From NCBI RefSeq assembly GCF_964355755.1, contig NC_092677.1, forward strand, positions 11,492,101 through 11,556,100: a stretch of DNA of 64,000 nucleotides. The letters are read 5' to 3'. Position 1 is the first letter of the stretch, and each line of letters starts with the position of its first letter. The DNA comes from Antedon mediterranea (taxonomy: Eukaryota > Animalia > Echinodermata). Position numbers and translations under genes: made by a program. Below the pieces are notes generated by a model. It was given only the letters and a program-made list of their open reading frames with translations. It ran no database searches and was not told the DNA's origin. Below are positions 38,301-51,100 of this stretch, one piece after another.

Positions 38301-41300
38301 TTTTCATGAAAAAAAAAATGTTTACATATTGAGGTCAAATGACATCAACATTTTACCTATAGTGTATTGTAGCAACTGTTTCTATACGTAACTAAGTACA
38401 ATATTTTTAATATGGGGTTTCATGACTACAAACAATTGATTACATATTACTACCTTTTCCCAAATTTACTTATCTACTGAATCCCAGAAAATGTCTGACC
38501 TTGTGAAAGGGTCATTTGTTGGGTCAAGTTATGTCAAAATGTATTATTTATGTTATCTTAGAACCTGTTTCTATGCATAACTAAGGATAATTGTTTTTAA
38601 ATACAGTTGGAAAAGTGGCCGCTTATAATTGTAGGCCTATTATTATTTATAATCAGGTGGTTTAGTATTTTTTAGCATTTTCAGACAAATTTTAAAAACT
38701 TTTATCATATGAAAAATGGTTGGTCAAAATCTGTGTAGTTTTCTCATCTCTTCACAGTAATGTTTTTAAAACCTCTTCAAAATAAAGCTAATATATAAAG
38801 AAATACAATATACATGCACCTCTAATTCATAGGTCCATGCAATAAGTATCACATTTTTCGATTGGCCGCTTACAAAAAATCTTTTTTTTTTTGTATAAAA
38901 AGGTGCCCGCAGCTGCTTACGGTAAGCACCAAATGCACTAATTAGATAGGAAGAACAAACAGGCTTTTCAAAGTGCGTCCGTTAAGGGAGGTGGCCGCTG
39001 TAAATAAAATATGGGGTTTTCATGAATAAAAATAATCACAAAAGAAAGTGCTTACGAATATGACCTTGTGAAACGGTCATTTGAAAATGCAAATAAGGCA
39101 TACCTGCTAATTATCTACAAATTTAAATTTGTATAAGATAAATATGCAAAATCTAAAGAATATCTCAATTTTAGTTACCATAGTAACTGTTGCTATGCAT
39201 AACTAAGGGAAATTAAATAATTATCAGATAATTATTAATAATTAATACTGAATCCAACCATCATAGTAAAAAAAAATATAGAATTTAAAACCAATATTTA
39301 ATAATAAAGTGTGATATTTTACATGCTGACCTTAAATGAAATGAAATTTCAAATCAGGGCTTCAATATTTGTTATGTAGCATTAAAATACCTGAGTATAT
39401 CATTGACTTTTGATTGGTTCTATTTTGGGGAGGGGAAAGTGGTGGATCCAGGACTTTTAAATAGTTAAAGGGTTGAAGGCGAGGGCCTAAAAACTTAACT
39501 TTATGTCCTATCTTTTGCATTGCAATTTTTAACTTGGGGTGGGTGGGGGCTTGGAGAAAGGGGGAGGGGTGGGATGGAGGAGTTTGATTCCGTCTATTCA
39601 TTGGGGCGATAGTAGCGGCAGTGTGGGTGGTGCTTGAATGCATGCATTTGACACTCTATAGTGGATGATCGACCAAAGTGTTGCAGTTTATCTTTTTGTG
39701 GTTATAGTCGGGGTGGGGGGTGGAAGTCGAAAGTGGTGGTGGATGGGCATGTGGGATCTGCTTAGGTTAGCAAATAAAAGAAGTAAACAAATGAAAGAGG
39801 AGCTTCAAAATAAGAGAGGAGTAATCTGTTGCAAAGATTAAAATTCACAACGATATGATAATTTATTCAAATTTCCAGAGGATATAACCTATAAAATGAC
39901 ATTAAAACTGGGAATTACAGAATCTATAATTAAAAATTTTTTTTTTTCTCACAACACAACTAGAACTATATAAAACATTAAGAATTTTTCTGACCAATGA
40001 GTTTCAAATCAAATAATCAAAGAAAATAAAATGTTTTTACTAATATACCATGTTTTTTTTTTTTATAAAAATGCCTATGTTTCTCGCAACACTGCTTGTA
40101 GATTTTAAATTTACCCCAGTATTTTATTTTAGAAATCAATTATTAAACATTAGAACTACCTATTTGTAATAAATCAGCTAAAAAAATACACCACTTTGGG
40201 CGTTATGGTGAAGTAAAGTTTAGTTGCATTGAACAATTTAAAAAAAGTGAAAAACACCCCTTTTTAAATAAATGGTATCTCCCAAAGTATGAAATAAAAA
40301 AAAATTAAAAAATTTGAAACAGGTACACAATGCATTATTATTATGCATACACTAATTATTTTTTATAATTAAATGAACAAAACAAAAATATCGTTCCTCA
40401 AAGTAGTACCAATATCCATTTTAAAAAACCTTAAAAAAGGACAAAATTTGTCAAAAACACAAATTTGGCCGTTGCCATGGAAATATACGTGTGAAATAAA
40501 AAATACTTCATATTTAATTTCTCTCAACACATATATAGCCATGTGCAAAATTTGAAAGAAATCCATTTTTTTGAGTCTGCCACTCTTTTTGATATTTCTT
40601 TGATTCTTACAGACAATGGCTCTTAACATGCATCATTAAAATGCAGATCCAAGGGATGTGAACTCTTCTTATAGTTATACCGAGCCTTTGAAGGTTAAAA
40701 ATCTATCAAAGAAGTGAAAAGGGACATGGATCGACATCATAAACTTTGTTATATTATTACTAAGAAAACGAAATGTGCATGTCGTAGGGCCCCTCGGGAT
40801 CGGAAGAGCAGTTTTTATATTATTTCTGAGAGGGCTACCCTACTGAAAGAAAACGAAATAAATAATTAATAAATATGTGGTGCGCTCTCTCCGAAATAGT
40901 ATTTTTTCCCTTTCCGATTAGTAGTAGTATATTGTATAAAATAAGACAGCTCAAAAGGACGACAGTCGGTTTCATTGCAATGAGTATCGACGTGTTCACG
41001 TTTAAATTTATTTTTCGTTTTACAAACATGGAGATAACAATTGTTCATCTACATCTTCTACTCCTCCCCACTGATTGTACCTGGAATAACACGTATTTTA
41101 TAAACAATTTTCTAGGCATTAACCGCGAATCAGATAAATAAGAGTGAAATTTCTAGAAAACTAGAGGTATTTCAATTTTGTTTTATCATTCAAAATTCAC
41201 GAAAACTTATTCAAAATTGTACATAGAAACTTCTATCATCCATAATTAAAGAGTGATCAAATACAATGGTTTTTATCTTTATGGAAAGTTTTTATGTGCT

Positions 41301-42653
41301 CATTATAAGCCTCATCATTTTTTCTGAAACATTCTGTTTCTGCCTCTGTTCCATTTTATTTCATTATAGCCTCTATATTACAACTGGGACTGCGATGTTA
41401 ACAATATAGGAACTTGACCTTACCTCAGTCACAGATGGAAAATCGTATTACCCATAAAACACTGAACCGGAAACAAAACTAAGATATCTCTATTAATAGA
41501 GATATCTCTATTAATAGAGATATCTTAGTTTTAAATAGAGATATCTTAGTTTTAAATAGAGATATCTCTATTAATAGAGATATCTCTGTTAATAGAGATA
41601 TCTCTTTAAAAAACTAAGATATCTTAGTTTTTAATAGAGATATCTTAGTTTTAAATAGAGATATTTCTACTAATAGAGATATCTCTATTAATAGAGATAT
41701 CGCTATTAAAAACTAAGATATCTCTATTAAAAACTAAGATATCTCTATTAAAAACTAAGATATCTCTATTTAAAACTAAGATATCTTAGTTTTTAATAGA
41801 GATATCTCTATTAATAAAGATATCTCTATTAATAGAGATATCTCTATTAAAAACTAAGATATCTTAGTTTTAAATAGAGATATCTTAGTTTTTAATAGAG
41901 ATATCTTAGTTTTTAATAGAGATATCTCTATTAATAGAGATATCTTAGTTTTAAACTAAGATATCTTAGTTTAAAACTAAGATATCTTTATTTCCGAATA
42001 AATGACAGCTTGGCGCGCCATATAAAACAGTCCAAAATCAAATGATGATGATGATGATGAATGCTCTTGTAGGTCTGGTCATTTGCCGTTTAGCAGGTCA
42101 AATGATGATGATGATGAATGCTCTTGTAGGTCTGGTCATTTACCGTTTGGCAGGTCAAATGATGATGATGATGAATTGCTCTTGTAGGTCTGGTCATTTG
42201 CCGTTTGGCAGGTCAAATGACGATGTTGATGAATTCTCTTGTAGGTCTGGTCATTTGCCGTTTGGCAGGTCAAATGACAATAATGTCTTATTCTTTTTCC
42301 ATATTTCTAAATTTGTCGTTCGTTCTTATAGCATATAAACGGGCCTCTTATAGACTACAGTAATTCTCACGATAATAGTATTATCGTGAGATGAAAAACT
42401 GCCTTCTTATAATGGTCACTCGTTGTGGTGTATCGGTTTTACACTGCACTAATCCTAAGTCTATTCTTCCCTTTGTGTACGAAAGCATAGCCTACACACA
42501 AGAACAGTAGATTGTTTTATATAAGCTATTATATCGGCAGAACTAAAAGTAAAACAATTCTCCTTACCATAAATATATTACAGATATGACTGAAATTCCA
42601 AGCGTGACCGAAAAAAGTATCTTTGTCCACAAACCACTACTGTATTTCATCAT
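29352..42653 (-). CDS. Alpha-2,8-sialyltransferase (GT29, ST8Sia family), complete, ~386 aa type II membrane protein
   Basis: Exons 42653-42568, 36036-35761, 35380-35245, 34515-34406, 33642-33550, 31236-30992, 29566-29352, all phase-compatible. TM anchor [19 protein letters not shown]; motif [47 protein letters not shown]; motif [27 protein letters not shown]; HYYE; motif VS HAFNQE; C-terminal [10 protein letters not shown]. Confidence 0.9.
31300..32420 (-). mobile_element. LINE ORF1 remnant with coiled coil and SGNH esterase-like domain, in an ST8Sia intron
   Basis: [10 protein letters not shown]...MRGAKIDD...IILHAGTNN matches SGNH blocks typical of CR1/L2 ORF1p; disrupted. Confidence 0.72.
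32850..33000 (+). mobile_element. L2-type LINE/SINE 3' tail
   Basis: aagcgccttgagcac...gcgctgtataaatcttattattat. Confidence 0.5.
33697..33875. mobile_element. Harbinger/Tourist-type MITE
   Basis: TIR agcttggttcccactag / ctagtgggaaccacgct with TAA TSD. Confidence 0.8.
34152..34371. mobile_element. Harbinger/Tourist-type MITE, second subfamily with the same TIR
   Basis: agcttggttcccaatag ... ctagtgggaaccacact, TAA flanks; internal sequence also at ~30720-30915 and inverted at ~33895-34056. Confidence 0.75.
34652..34985. mobile_element. Nested Harbinger-type MITEs (34756-34935 inserted in an older relative)
   Basis: Inner copy is highly similar to 33697-33875; outer copy starts agcttgattcccactag. 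Confidence 0.65.
36299..36715. repeat. Subterminal palindromic AGATATCT array (left)
   Basis: Mixed-orientation aatagagatatcttagtttt / aatagagatatctctatt units. Confidence 0.92.
36996..40622. mobile_element. Sola3-like non-autonomous element with long imperfect TIRs, nested in the IS3EU-like element
   Basis: Termini GAGCCATTGTCTGTAA...TTACAGACAATGGCTC with TTAA on both sides; inverted similarity blocks extend about 550-600 bp inward. Confidence 0.72.
41475..41990. repeat. Subterminal palindromic AGATATCT array (right)
   Basis: Same units as 36299-36715. Confidence 0.92.
42037..42280. repeat. ~57-bp tandem repeat with internal (GAT)n, 4 copies
   Basis: gtcaaatgatgatgatgatgaatgctcttgtaggtctggtcatttgccgtttggcag. 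Confidence 0.9.
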
Positions 42654-43168
42654 ACTGGAAAAATAAAATGTTTTATCATAGGCCTAAGATTTAAATACTG
42701 CAACTATAATTCTAAGGAGACGGCGATCTGGCCTTCTAATTTGGAGGGGGCCTAATTACACTACTTTTACATAAAATACTCATTCACCATTGTAGGCCTA
42801 TATCTATATTTCTATACAATCTAAATTGTTATTCCATTGGGCCGGAGATATGAAACTCCGTTTTACGCAAGAATAGGCCTATGATTTTTAATAGAATTGA
42901 TTCTTATATAGCGCATATAAGAAAGCTCTCAAATCGGTTTTAACTTACGTTTTAAAAACAACGAGTCCGTGGAGCTTCTGTTATTAGTGATATATTGTAC
43001 TTCCAATCACAAGTGCTGAGATTCTTGCTTTAATTGCTTTACATACAATACATGAAGAGCGAACCACTATTTGCTTTTAGAGTGTCTATTGTTTGGTGTT
43101 TGCGCATGCGTACTCATTATGTTTTATAGGCCTAAGCCTACTTGAGCTGGATAGATGATAGCGCGTAA

Positions 43169-43436
43169 AGCCTGGTTTCCATTTAAAATCGCTACAGCGT
43201 TTCCATTAAAATCGCTACACGCGATGTCGCCGACGCAATCGGGAAGGCTCCCCGATTCATCGCAGTCAAATCGGCAAAGTTCAACCATGTTCAACTTTGC
43301 CGATTATGTCGGCGATGAATCGTATACGCGTACCACTAAAGAATATTTAGCGCTCGCGTACTAGATCCCAGATAAATTCTAGCGTTTCTATAGAATCGCT
43401 ACCGCTCTGTCATGTAGCGATTTTATGGAAACCTGT
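43169..43436. mobile_element. Probable Harbinger-type MITE
   Basis: taa-agcctggtttccatttaaaatcgctaca ... tgtagcgattttatggaaacctg inverted ends. Confidence 0.5.
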
Positions 43437-45152
43437 CAATTTATATTCTTATGGCGCCACGTAAATGGACACGTGAATACGAAGCGCATTTTTAAATATT
43501 GCACGATTCAAAGTGATATCACATAAAAACACACTTATTCCTAATATAATATACACTATAGGCCTAATATTATTACAGTATTATATTCGAGCGAACAGCG
43601 ACTAAAAATCCAAAACTTACTGCGAATTAAATGTGAGTGCTTCGAAAGTTGCAAAATGACGTCACGGTCTCATTAAAAAAACTCCAAAAATAACACGTTT
43701 CGGTGTGTCCCCTGTAAAGGGGTGTCCCAAAATAAGGACTCTGGATTATTAACACAGAAACAATCAATTCACTCGGCAAAGTCTCGATGTACACTACAAA
43801 ATGATGTAAATCATATTTACAATCCATTGTAAATTGTGACATCGATTAAACAGTGAACTAGATTGAACTCGTCAGTGTTCAGTCAGAAATAATATCCGCG
43901 CAAACACAAAGTCACATAGGATTCGACAAAGCCGCAATATAATATGCACATCATACGTTAACAAAATGTTATTTTAAATTTTTTGTATAGCATACTGATT
44001 ATTATTTATTATGTGTAAATATCAATTCACTCATCTGGGCAAACACAATTTTCTTACTTTGCGTAGGTTGCGTCGCTAGTGGCGGTAATTATGGCCGTTT
44101 GATTTAAATGAATGAATAAATAAATGAATACGGAAAGTTAATTATTATATAAACACATGTTGTAATTTTGCTATTGCTGATCTATAACACTGACATACAG
44201 TAATCATTATTTATGTCTCTTTCCATCTTCAATTGAAGACGCATAAGTAACTGTGGAGCCCGGCAGAAATATAAGTAAATTCAATATAAGGAATAGGCCT
44301 CCTACATATAAATCATGCATTACATTTCTTTTTGTTTAAACGTTAAAATAATTATACAAACAAAATTAAATTAAAATCATTCTAAAATATAGTACGACTC
44401 TAAATTGTAAAGGTAGTACCATTTTATTTATGAAATATTGATATTTTGCTCAGATTTGACAAACAAAAATCTATGTTCAAATTGTAAAATACATAAACGA
44501 ATAGTATACAGTACTGTACACACATAATTTGTTTATGCGTGCAATAGTACACATAAGGTGAACATATTTGTTCCATTGCACGAATATAAAAACATATTCG
44601 TTATTTGTTTTATATAACATAAGTAGATTTCAAATAACTAGAATGAACACGTATAAGTTAGCATTCGCATTCACGAAAAATGGACTCTTGATGTCACATG
44701 GGTCTAATCTTCTTCAAATGAAAAGGATCTACTTACCGTAAGTGTTATACAAATAAATATAACATACAGTAACATATCATAAAATATATTTATAGCATGT
44801 TTATAAAAATAAAACTGCTATATTAAGTAGTCTATGTAAATACGAGAACGTGATTGGTCGAAATGGCATCACATGACTACCTATCCAAGGATCAAAAACA
44901 TTATTGCCTCAAAGGGTAATATAACGCGTCTGACGTCACAAGAATAAAATAATAATGCAAGGTTTTAATAATATACGAGTATAGAATAAAATGTTTTTTA
45001 AATAGTATAGGCAAAAATATAAACTTATGATAAAGGTACATGCAAAAAATATCTTAATATAGATGCACACTACACTACAGTATTTATAGGACACACTTGT
45101 TTCAATATATATGTCTGTCAATTCTATTCTATTAAAAATCGTTTGCTAATTG

Positions 45153-48100
45153 TTAATAAGTTTTCTTTTCTTGGTAGACAACCATGAATGTTTTTTGGAA
45201 GTTGATTGTAAACGTTCCTGAAAAAAAAAAGAAGGTATATTGTTATCTCAAAATAATTTGAAGAAGGAAAATCTTCACATCAATAAGTTTTATAGAAATA
45301 TACATTTTTGAGTGTGAACAATTCTAAAAAATTACACAAATAAATTTTATTCGTTGGTTTTAACACTTAATATCTTTTAATTTCTACTATGTTTTCAATA
45401 TTAGGCCAAACATCAACCAGGTACTGATAGACTACTAAATCGAGTTACCACAGCAAACAGTACATATCGACTTAGACTGGACACTTTTGATCTGGCCAAA
45501 GAGACATTCTGGTATCCAAAATATGTTTTTAATGGCTAAAAAAGAATGTTGGACCTCAAGAAAAGATGGTTTTGGAAGAGCTGGTTTTCATTGTGGTTAG
45601 TAATGGGAATAAATGACGCAGGGTTAGACCAAGGAAATCTAACAACAGGATGCAGAACTCCGGAGATTAGATCTGTGGTTGCACACCCTTTAATACAGAC
45701 ACTGTACTCCACAGAAGAGAATATGTACAGTACTGCTGGTACTTGTCGCAGCCAGACATAAGATCAGAGGATTGTTACGAGTTCCTATCTTTGCAAGGTG
45801 AGCTCAGTGTTCTGTTGTTGGATACCTTGGTTAGACCGAGTGTACATTATGAAAAAGTTTAGTACTTACTCATGTAATCAATAAACCATTGTGGCTTGTT
45901 CTGCCAATAGATAAACAAAAAGTAAACTGGGATACCGGCTAAGGTGATAACAAGCCCTATACAGCATTCCACAGGAGCAGAGTAGAGCGACACGCCAACG
46001 ACAAAAACACAGCAAAGCAGAAAAGTAATCGGTACTATCATTGGTACCTAACAAGAGAACGTTAGGATATCACTGGACTATGTTTTGATGAATAAACCTT
46101 CATTTTTGGCTCATGTAACTTATTTTGCACTTTTTGTTCCACCTAGTCTTCAGAAGATGGTGATGACCCATTTTGTTGTAGCTCTTATTTATAATGGCCC
46201 AAAATTACAGTTCATATTCTGCAAGTCATTTTATGTTTTAAAGAAAAAAGTAATATATTGTTTGAAGGTTTGCACGGCACACCACGTACAGGTTCTGTAT
46301 TAACTTTCACCAAAAATTAGTCACAAAAAAAATCATTTAACTGAAATACAGATGTTTTTTTGTTCAAAAAATAACTTTGGACTTCCGGCCAAAGTTTTCG
46401 ATCAAAACATATCTTGTTTGGCTACTCTGTGTATGCATAATCATAAAACTTCTTCCGACGAGTTGTAAACAATCCTAATTAACATATCATGCATAATGCA
46501 TACTCGTGTTATGAAATCTTTGTTTACTTTCCCTCGCGACAATTTTCCAGATGAACTGAAATCAAACTAATTTACCTGTTAATTATGTAAACTTGTTTTT
46601 GGCTCAAATTTTCGACTTAAAGTGAATAACTTTAATATTACTTTGATATGGCCAATTTAAATTAAAAATATTTTGAGCTTCATTTCTTTTGTCTTTAAAA
46701 GAAAGAAAAGGACATTAGTAAGAAAAGAAATTTCTATCTATTTAGGATATTTTCTATTTTTGAATAAATGTTGAAGCAGAACTGTGGAACAATCTTCTAT
46801 TCAAAATTCACCTTCTATAGACGTTTTCAAAACCCTTTCAAAACATTTACTTATTTTAAATCAGATACTGTTGACTATAATTATGCATAACAAAAGAGTA
46901 CACCTATGCATTGTTAGCCAGGAATCTTAAATGTGACCCATGGTCATTGTATAATCAGGGAGTTGTTAACAACTCCCTGGTATAATAAAGCAGCTTTGCT
47001 TTCAGTATAACCTCCAGCTGTTTACCGAATCACTCAGGAAGAAGTGATTTTATTTGTGTCTTTTGTGGGCTCATCCCACTTTCATTCTTATACCTCCCTA
47101 CTTACTGTAGGTGTTATAGAAATAACAACATACAGTAAACAAATCATAAAATCTATTTAAAGCATGTTTTTTTATTTTAGTTTAAAGACTTTTTTTGAAT
47201 AAATATTTACCGAATCACTCAGGGAGAACAACAGGGATTTATTTGTCTTCAATGGGCTCGTCCCACTTTCATTTTTTTGTCATTATAATAGATTTTTAAC
47301 ATATATTTATATAATCAACACACAGATATCACAGGATATATATATATATAGGATTAGAATAAATTTATACACATATATGCATAGCAATAACATATTGTCA
47401 CCCTGAAAAACAATTTTTTGTTGTTGAATATGCCATTTTAATGTTGCATAATAGTTATATCCACTTTGCCCAAAAACTGAATAAAAAATTTACTTGAAAA
47501 AAAAACTGTTATTTAAAGCAAACAATTTTCAAAATTGTTGCTGCCAGCCAATGGGTTTTTGGATGAATTTAACTGTTTATCTTGTCATTTTATAATTGAA
47601 ATCATTTTTTTTTCTATGGAAATTATTAACTTTTATAAAAATACAAAATGGCCTATTGAAATTCTGATTTTATCAATCTTGTTGTTAACTATACGTCAAA
47701 TGGGAATGCACCAGTGACGGATGCAAGAAGAGGGGTGGTTTCAGGCGGTCACATGAGAAGGTCTAATAATGGGGCTCTTGGATCCATCTATTAATAAGAC
47801 TTTACATACCGAAAAAGGACGTTCAAGTTCTGGGAATTTCCATCTCCAATATGGAATAACAGCTACAGTGATTCCAATAAACAGGAAGCCAGTAAAAGAC
47901 AAATAATTGATGAGACTGTACACACTGTCACCCATTAACATCAGCAAACAGATTGGAAGCTAAATGATGAAAAAAACATATCATGAGTTGAAACATAATT
48001 TATGATCGGCCATAGTAGACAATTTAAAAAACAATAGTATAAAACAAAATATTTTCCAAACACGAACAGATTTTTTTTCGTACACGAAAAAAAGTACTAT

Positions 48101-51100
48101 TAAACGATCGTTTAATAGTGCGTACTATTGCACGCCATGTGATCCACATTCGTCCAATTAAATGACAGGAATTTATTCAGGTGTTATATAAAGATATTAT
48201 AGTGAACTATAATATCTCTATCTCTATCAAAAGTACTGTAACAATGCCATTTAGGATATGATTGTACATGGAAACATAGGTTAAACCCATCAATTTGCTG
48301 CTACATTATCAAACCTCATTAAAATAACAATTACACAACATACAATCAAACATAATCGAAATGCATTATAAATTCTTAAGTTATCGCAAGAAGCCTTTAA
48401 CAGAATTTACAAGGGTCACTGAATATGCCCTTCAACTTTACACAATGTGCTCTCTAGAGCTGTACACCCTTTAATAGTTTTGCAGTCAATGAGTTCGTAC
48501 CATTATTGGTAATAAGTCAGAACATACACTAAATTGACCATAGTACATAAAACATTTAATATAGCTATAAAAACACACATGTTATGAAATCTGAAATGTT
48601 ATCAAATACAAGTTCTGTCAACTCTTGTATTTATAGACATTTATTTTGGAAGTTATTGTGTCTATGAAAGAAATAGGAGACAGCAAATTCCATAAATTAA
48701 TGTATCTATACAATATCTTTGCTATGACAGGTGTTATCATGGTCCATTAAGTTTCTTGAGAGAGGGGGTGCTTCCCTTTGGGATGTAAATGTATACATAT
48801 ACAGAAAAATATGGCAAATAAATATAAAATGTGTCTGAAACTGAACAGGTAAACTTAACTTTTGTCTGTAGGGGTGAAAAGTTCATGACCTCTGTCATCA
48901 ACAACATACTGGTGGACATCTACTTTATTTTTGTATTGCAATTTTTGACATTTTTATTTTATAAGTTCTAAAGTCTGGCTAGGTATAGAGAGTTAAACGA
49001 CACATTTTTTTAAGGGTTTTTCCACCAAAATTCATATAGAAAAAGAAGGTACAGCTACAGAACAAAATAAAATGTGAACATTACCATACACAAGATGGCT
49101 GGTGTTGGCGTTCTTCTCTTGACGTCAATCATAGCAATGACTGTTGGGAAGTGTCCTTCCCTGGCAGCAGCAAAAACACCTCTGGAGACAAAGGTCAAAG
49201 GTAACAAAAAATATATACATCTAGTACTACTTTTACTATAATATTCGCAACTTCTTCTTTCAGTCAGTCAGGTCGTAGCCACCAGTATGGTTGGTAAGAT
49301 TTCAACCTGACCACTTTTTCACAAAGACATTTGACAACACTTGGCTTGAACAGAGATTTTTCCTTTTTCTTGCGAAAACCGGACTTTCTCGTGGCTACAT
49401 CAGTAAAAGTTTTATTACAAAAAGGTAGATACCTCATACATTGAGATATGATTAGTTATTGTATTAATGCTGAACTATTCATTTTAAAACTAGGCTAAAT
49501 TCTGAAGCAATTCTTTTTATTGTCAAAGCGTCAGATATACAAATGCATATTCCATCTTCCAATCTCTTTCTACGACAAATTCCAATTTCTTTTAAGAAAC
49601 AGTTTCTACTTCTCATGATCAAAATGAAAATCAATTCACTATAATCTCAACTCAACCTTCTGTAAAATGTATACAAAACCTCCGCTACCCCAAGGATTTC
49701 ATCTTTTTGCATTTTTAAACATATTGACAGTACCAATTTAAAACAAATTTATTACGCCAGTAAAAATGCATTATATTACGTATTATACTTTTTAAATATA
49801 TTGCCAGAGCAAAGTGTATATACACTTTTGTCAATGGATCAATGGATAATCAATTACGGCATATTAAATGTTGTTCATTCCATGGAGATTGTTCCCAGTC
49901 ATGGTTTATAACAACTATTAAATTGCTGTCTGTGACCTTTCAAATGTTATATAGAAATGTATTAATTTATACATTGAAGGGGTATATTACAAAATGGTGT
50001 AGCAGATATACTGTCCTCTTAAAAAAATATTTGAATAGGCCATTTTAATGTCACATAATAGTTCAATTCACTTTCACCAAAAATGGCATCGAAATTACTT
50101 ACCTGATGAAAACCATAATTTAAAGAAAACTAATAATATACTGACAGCCCATTGTCTGGAAGTCAATGGGTTTTTGATTAAATTTAACTTTTTGTTTTGG
50201 TCTTAATCATTATTTAACAATTTTTTTTTTTTTTTTTTTGAAAAGTCAATAGCTTTTCCATATTCAAGATATTCATCGTTATATTTCATATTGTTGTGGA
50301 CAATGTGCCATCACGTTTATTTAGAAAGTTAAATATTAAAATAGATATAATGTACAAATCTGACATAGCATTACTGAAGCAAAGAATAGTGACGGAGCAA
50401 TTCAAAATATGATATAAATTACTAAATGATAATATGCTGTAGATGAGAACGACAAATTAAGAAAAATAGTAAAAATGATTGAGAAAGAAAAAACAGAGAG
50501 AAAAAACGAAAATGAAGGGAAACAAACATACTGTAATTTAAGAGAAAAGAAGCAAAAAAGGTGCAAAAAATAGAATAAATGAAACAAAACAGGCATGAAG
50601 TTTTGTACTAATATATCTCCATATACATTTTGGTCTTATGGCTTTTAACTATGCACTTAATATAGTAATTATTGTTTGCATTGTATAAATAGATATACAG
50701 TATATTGAAATAATTGCCATGCTAAATTGAATATATTTTGAGCCAATTTTAAATAATAGGTAACACTGACATTTTGCAGAACTGTTTCAAAACCAACTGT
50801 ATGTCTAAATAAACTGAAATAGAATGGGCTGCATTCAGAAAAAATGTAGAAATAAAAAGTAAAGAAAGATAAAAGCGAGGGATTGCATTTCAAATGGTGC
50901 AGAAGGAAGGATAATGTAAAAAACTTACATTGCGAAATGTCATGATTCTAATCATAAATCATGCAGTCTTGAAACATTTTTTAAGATGTTAAAATTTAAA
51001 TTTAAAAAAAAAATAATTTGTAATTATTCAAAACGGAAAGAAAGAAATATTTCTTTTTATTTGTCAAATGTTTGAGTGGGGTTGCGTCAGTGTATCCTTG

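Larger units (their letters stand above)
36268..42022. mobile_element. IS3EU-like non-autonomous DNA transposon in the first coding intron of ST8Sia
   Basis: Perfect 27-bp TIR tatggcgcgccaagctgtcatttattc; 6-bp TSD TAAAAC (36262-36267 and 42023-42028); subterminal AGATATCT arrays. Confidence 0.8.

Noticed and set aside
42042-42338. Poly-Met ORF
   Set aside because: Translation of a (GAT)n-containing tandem repeat.
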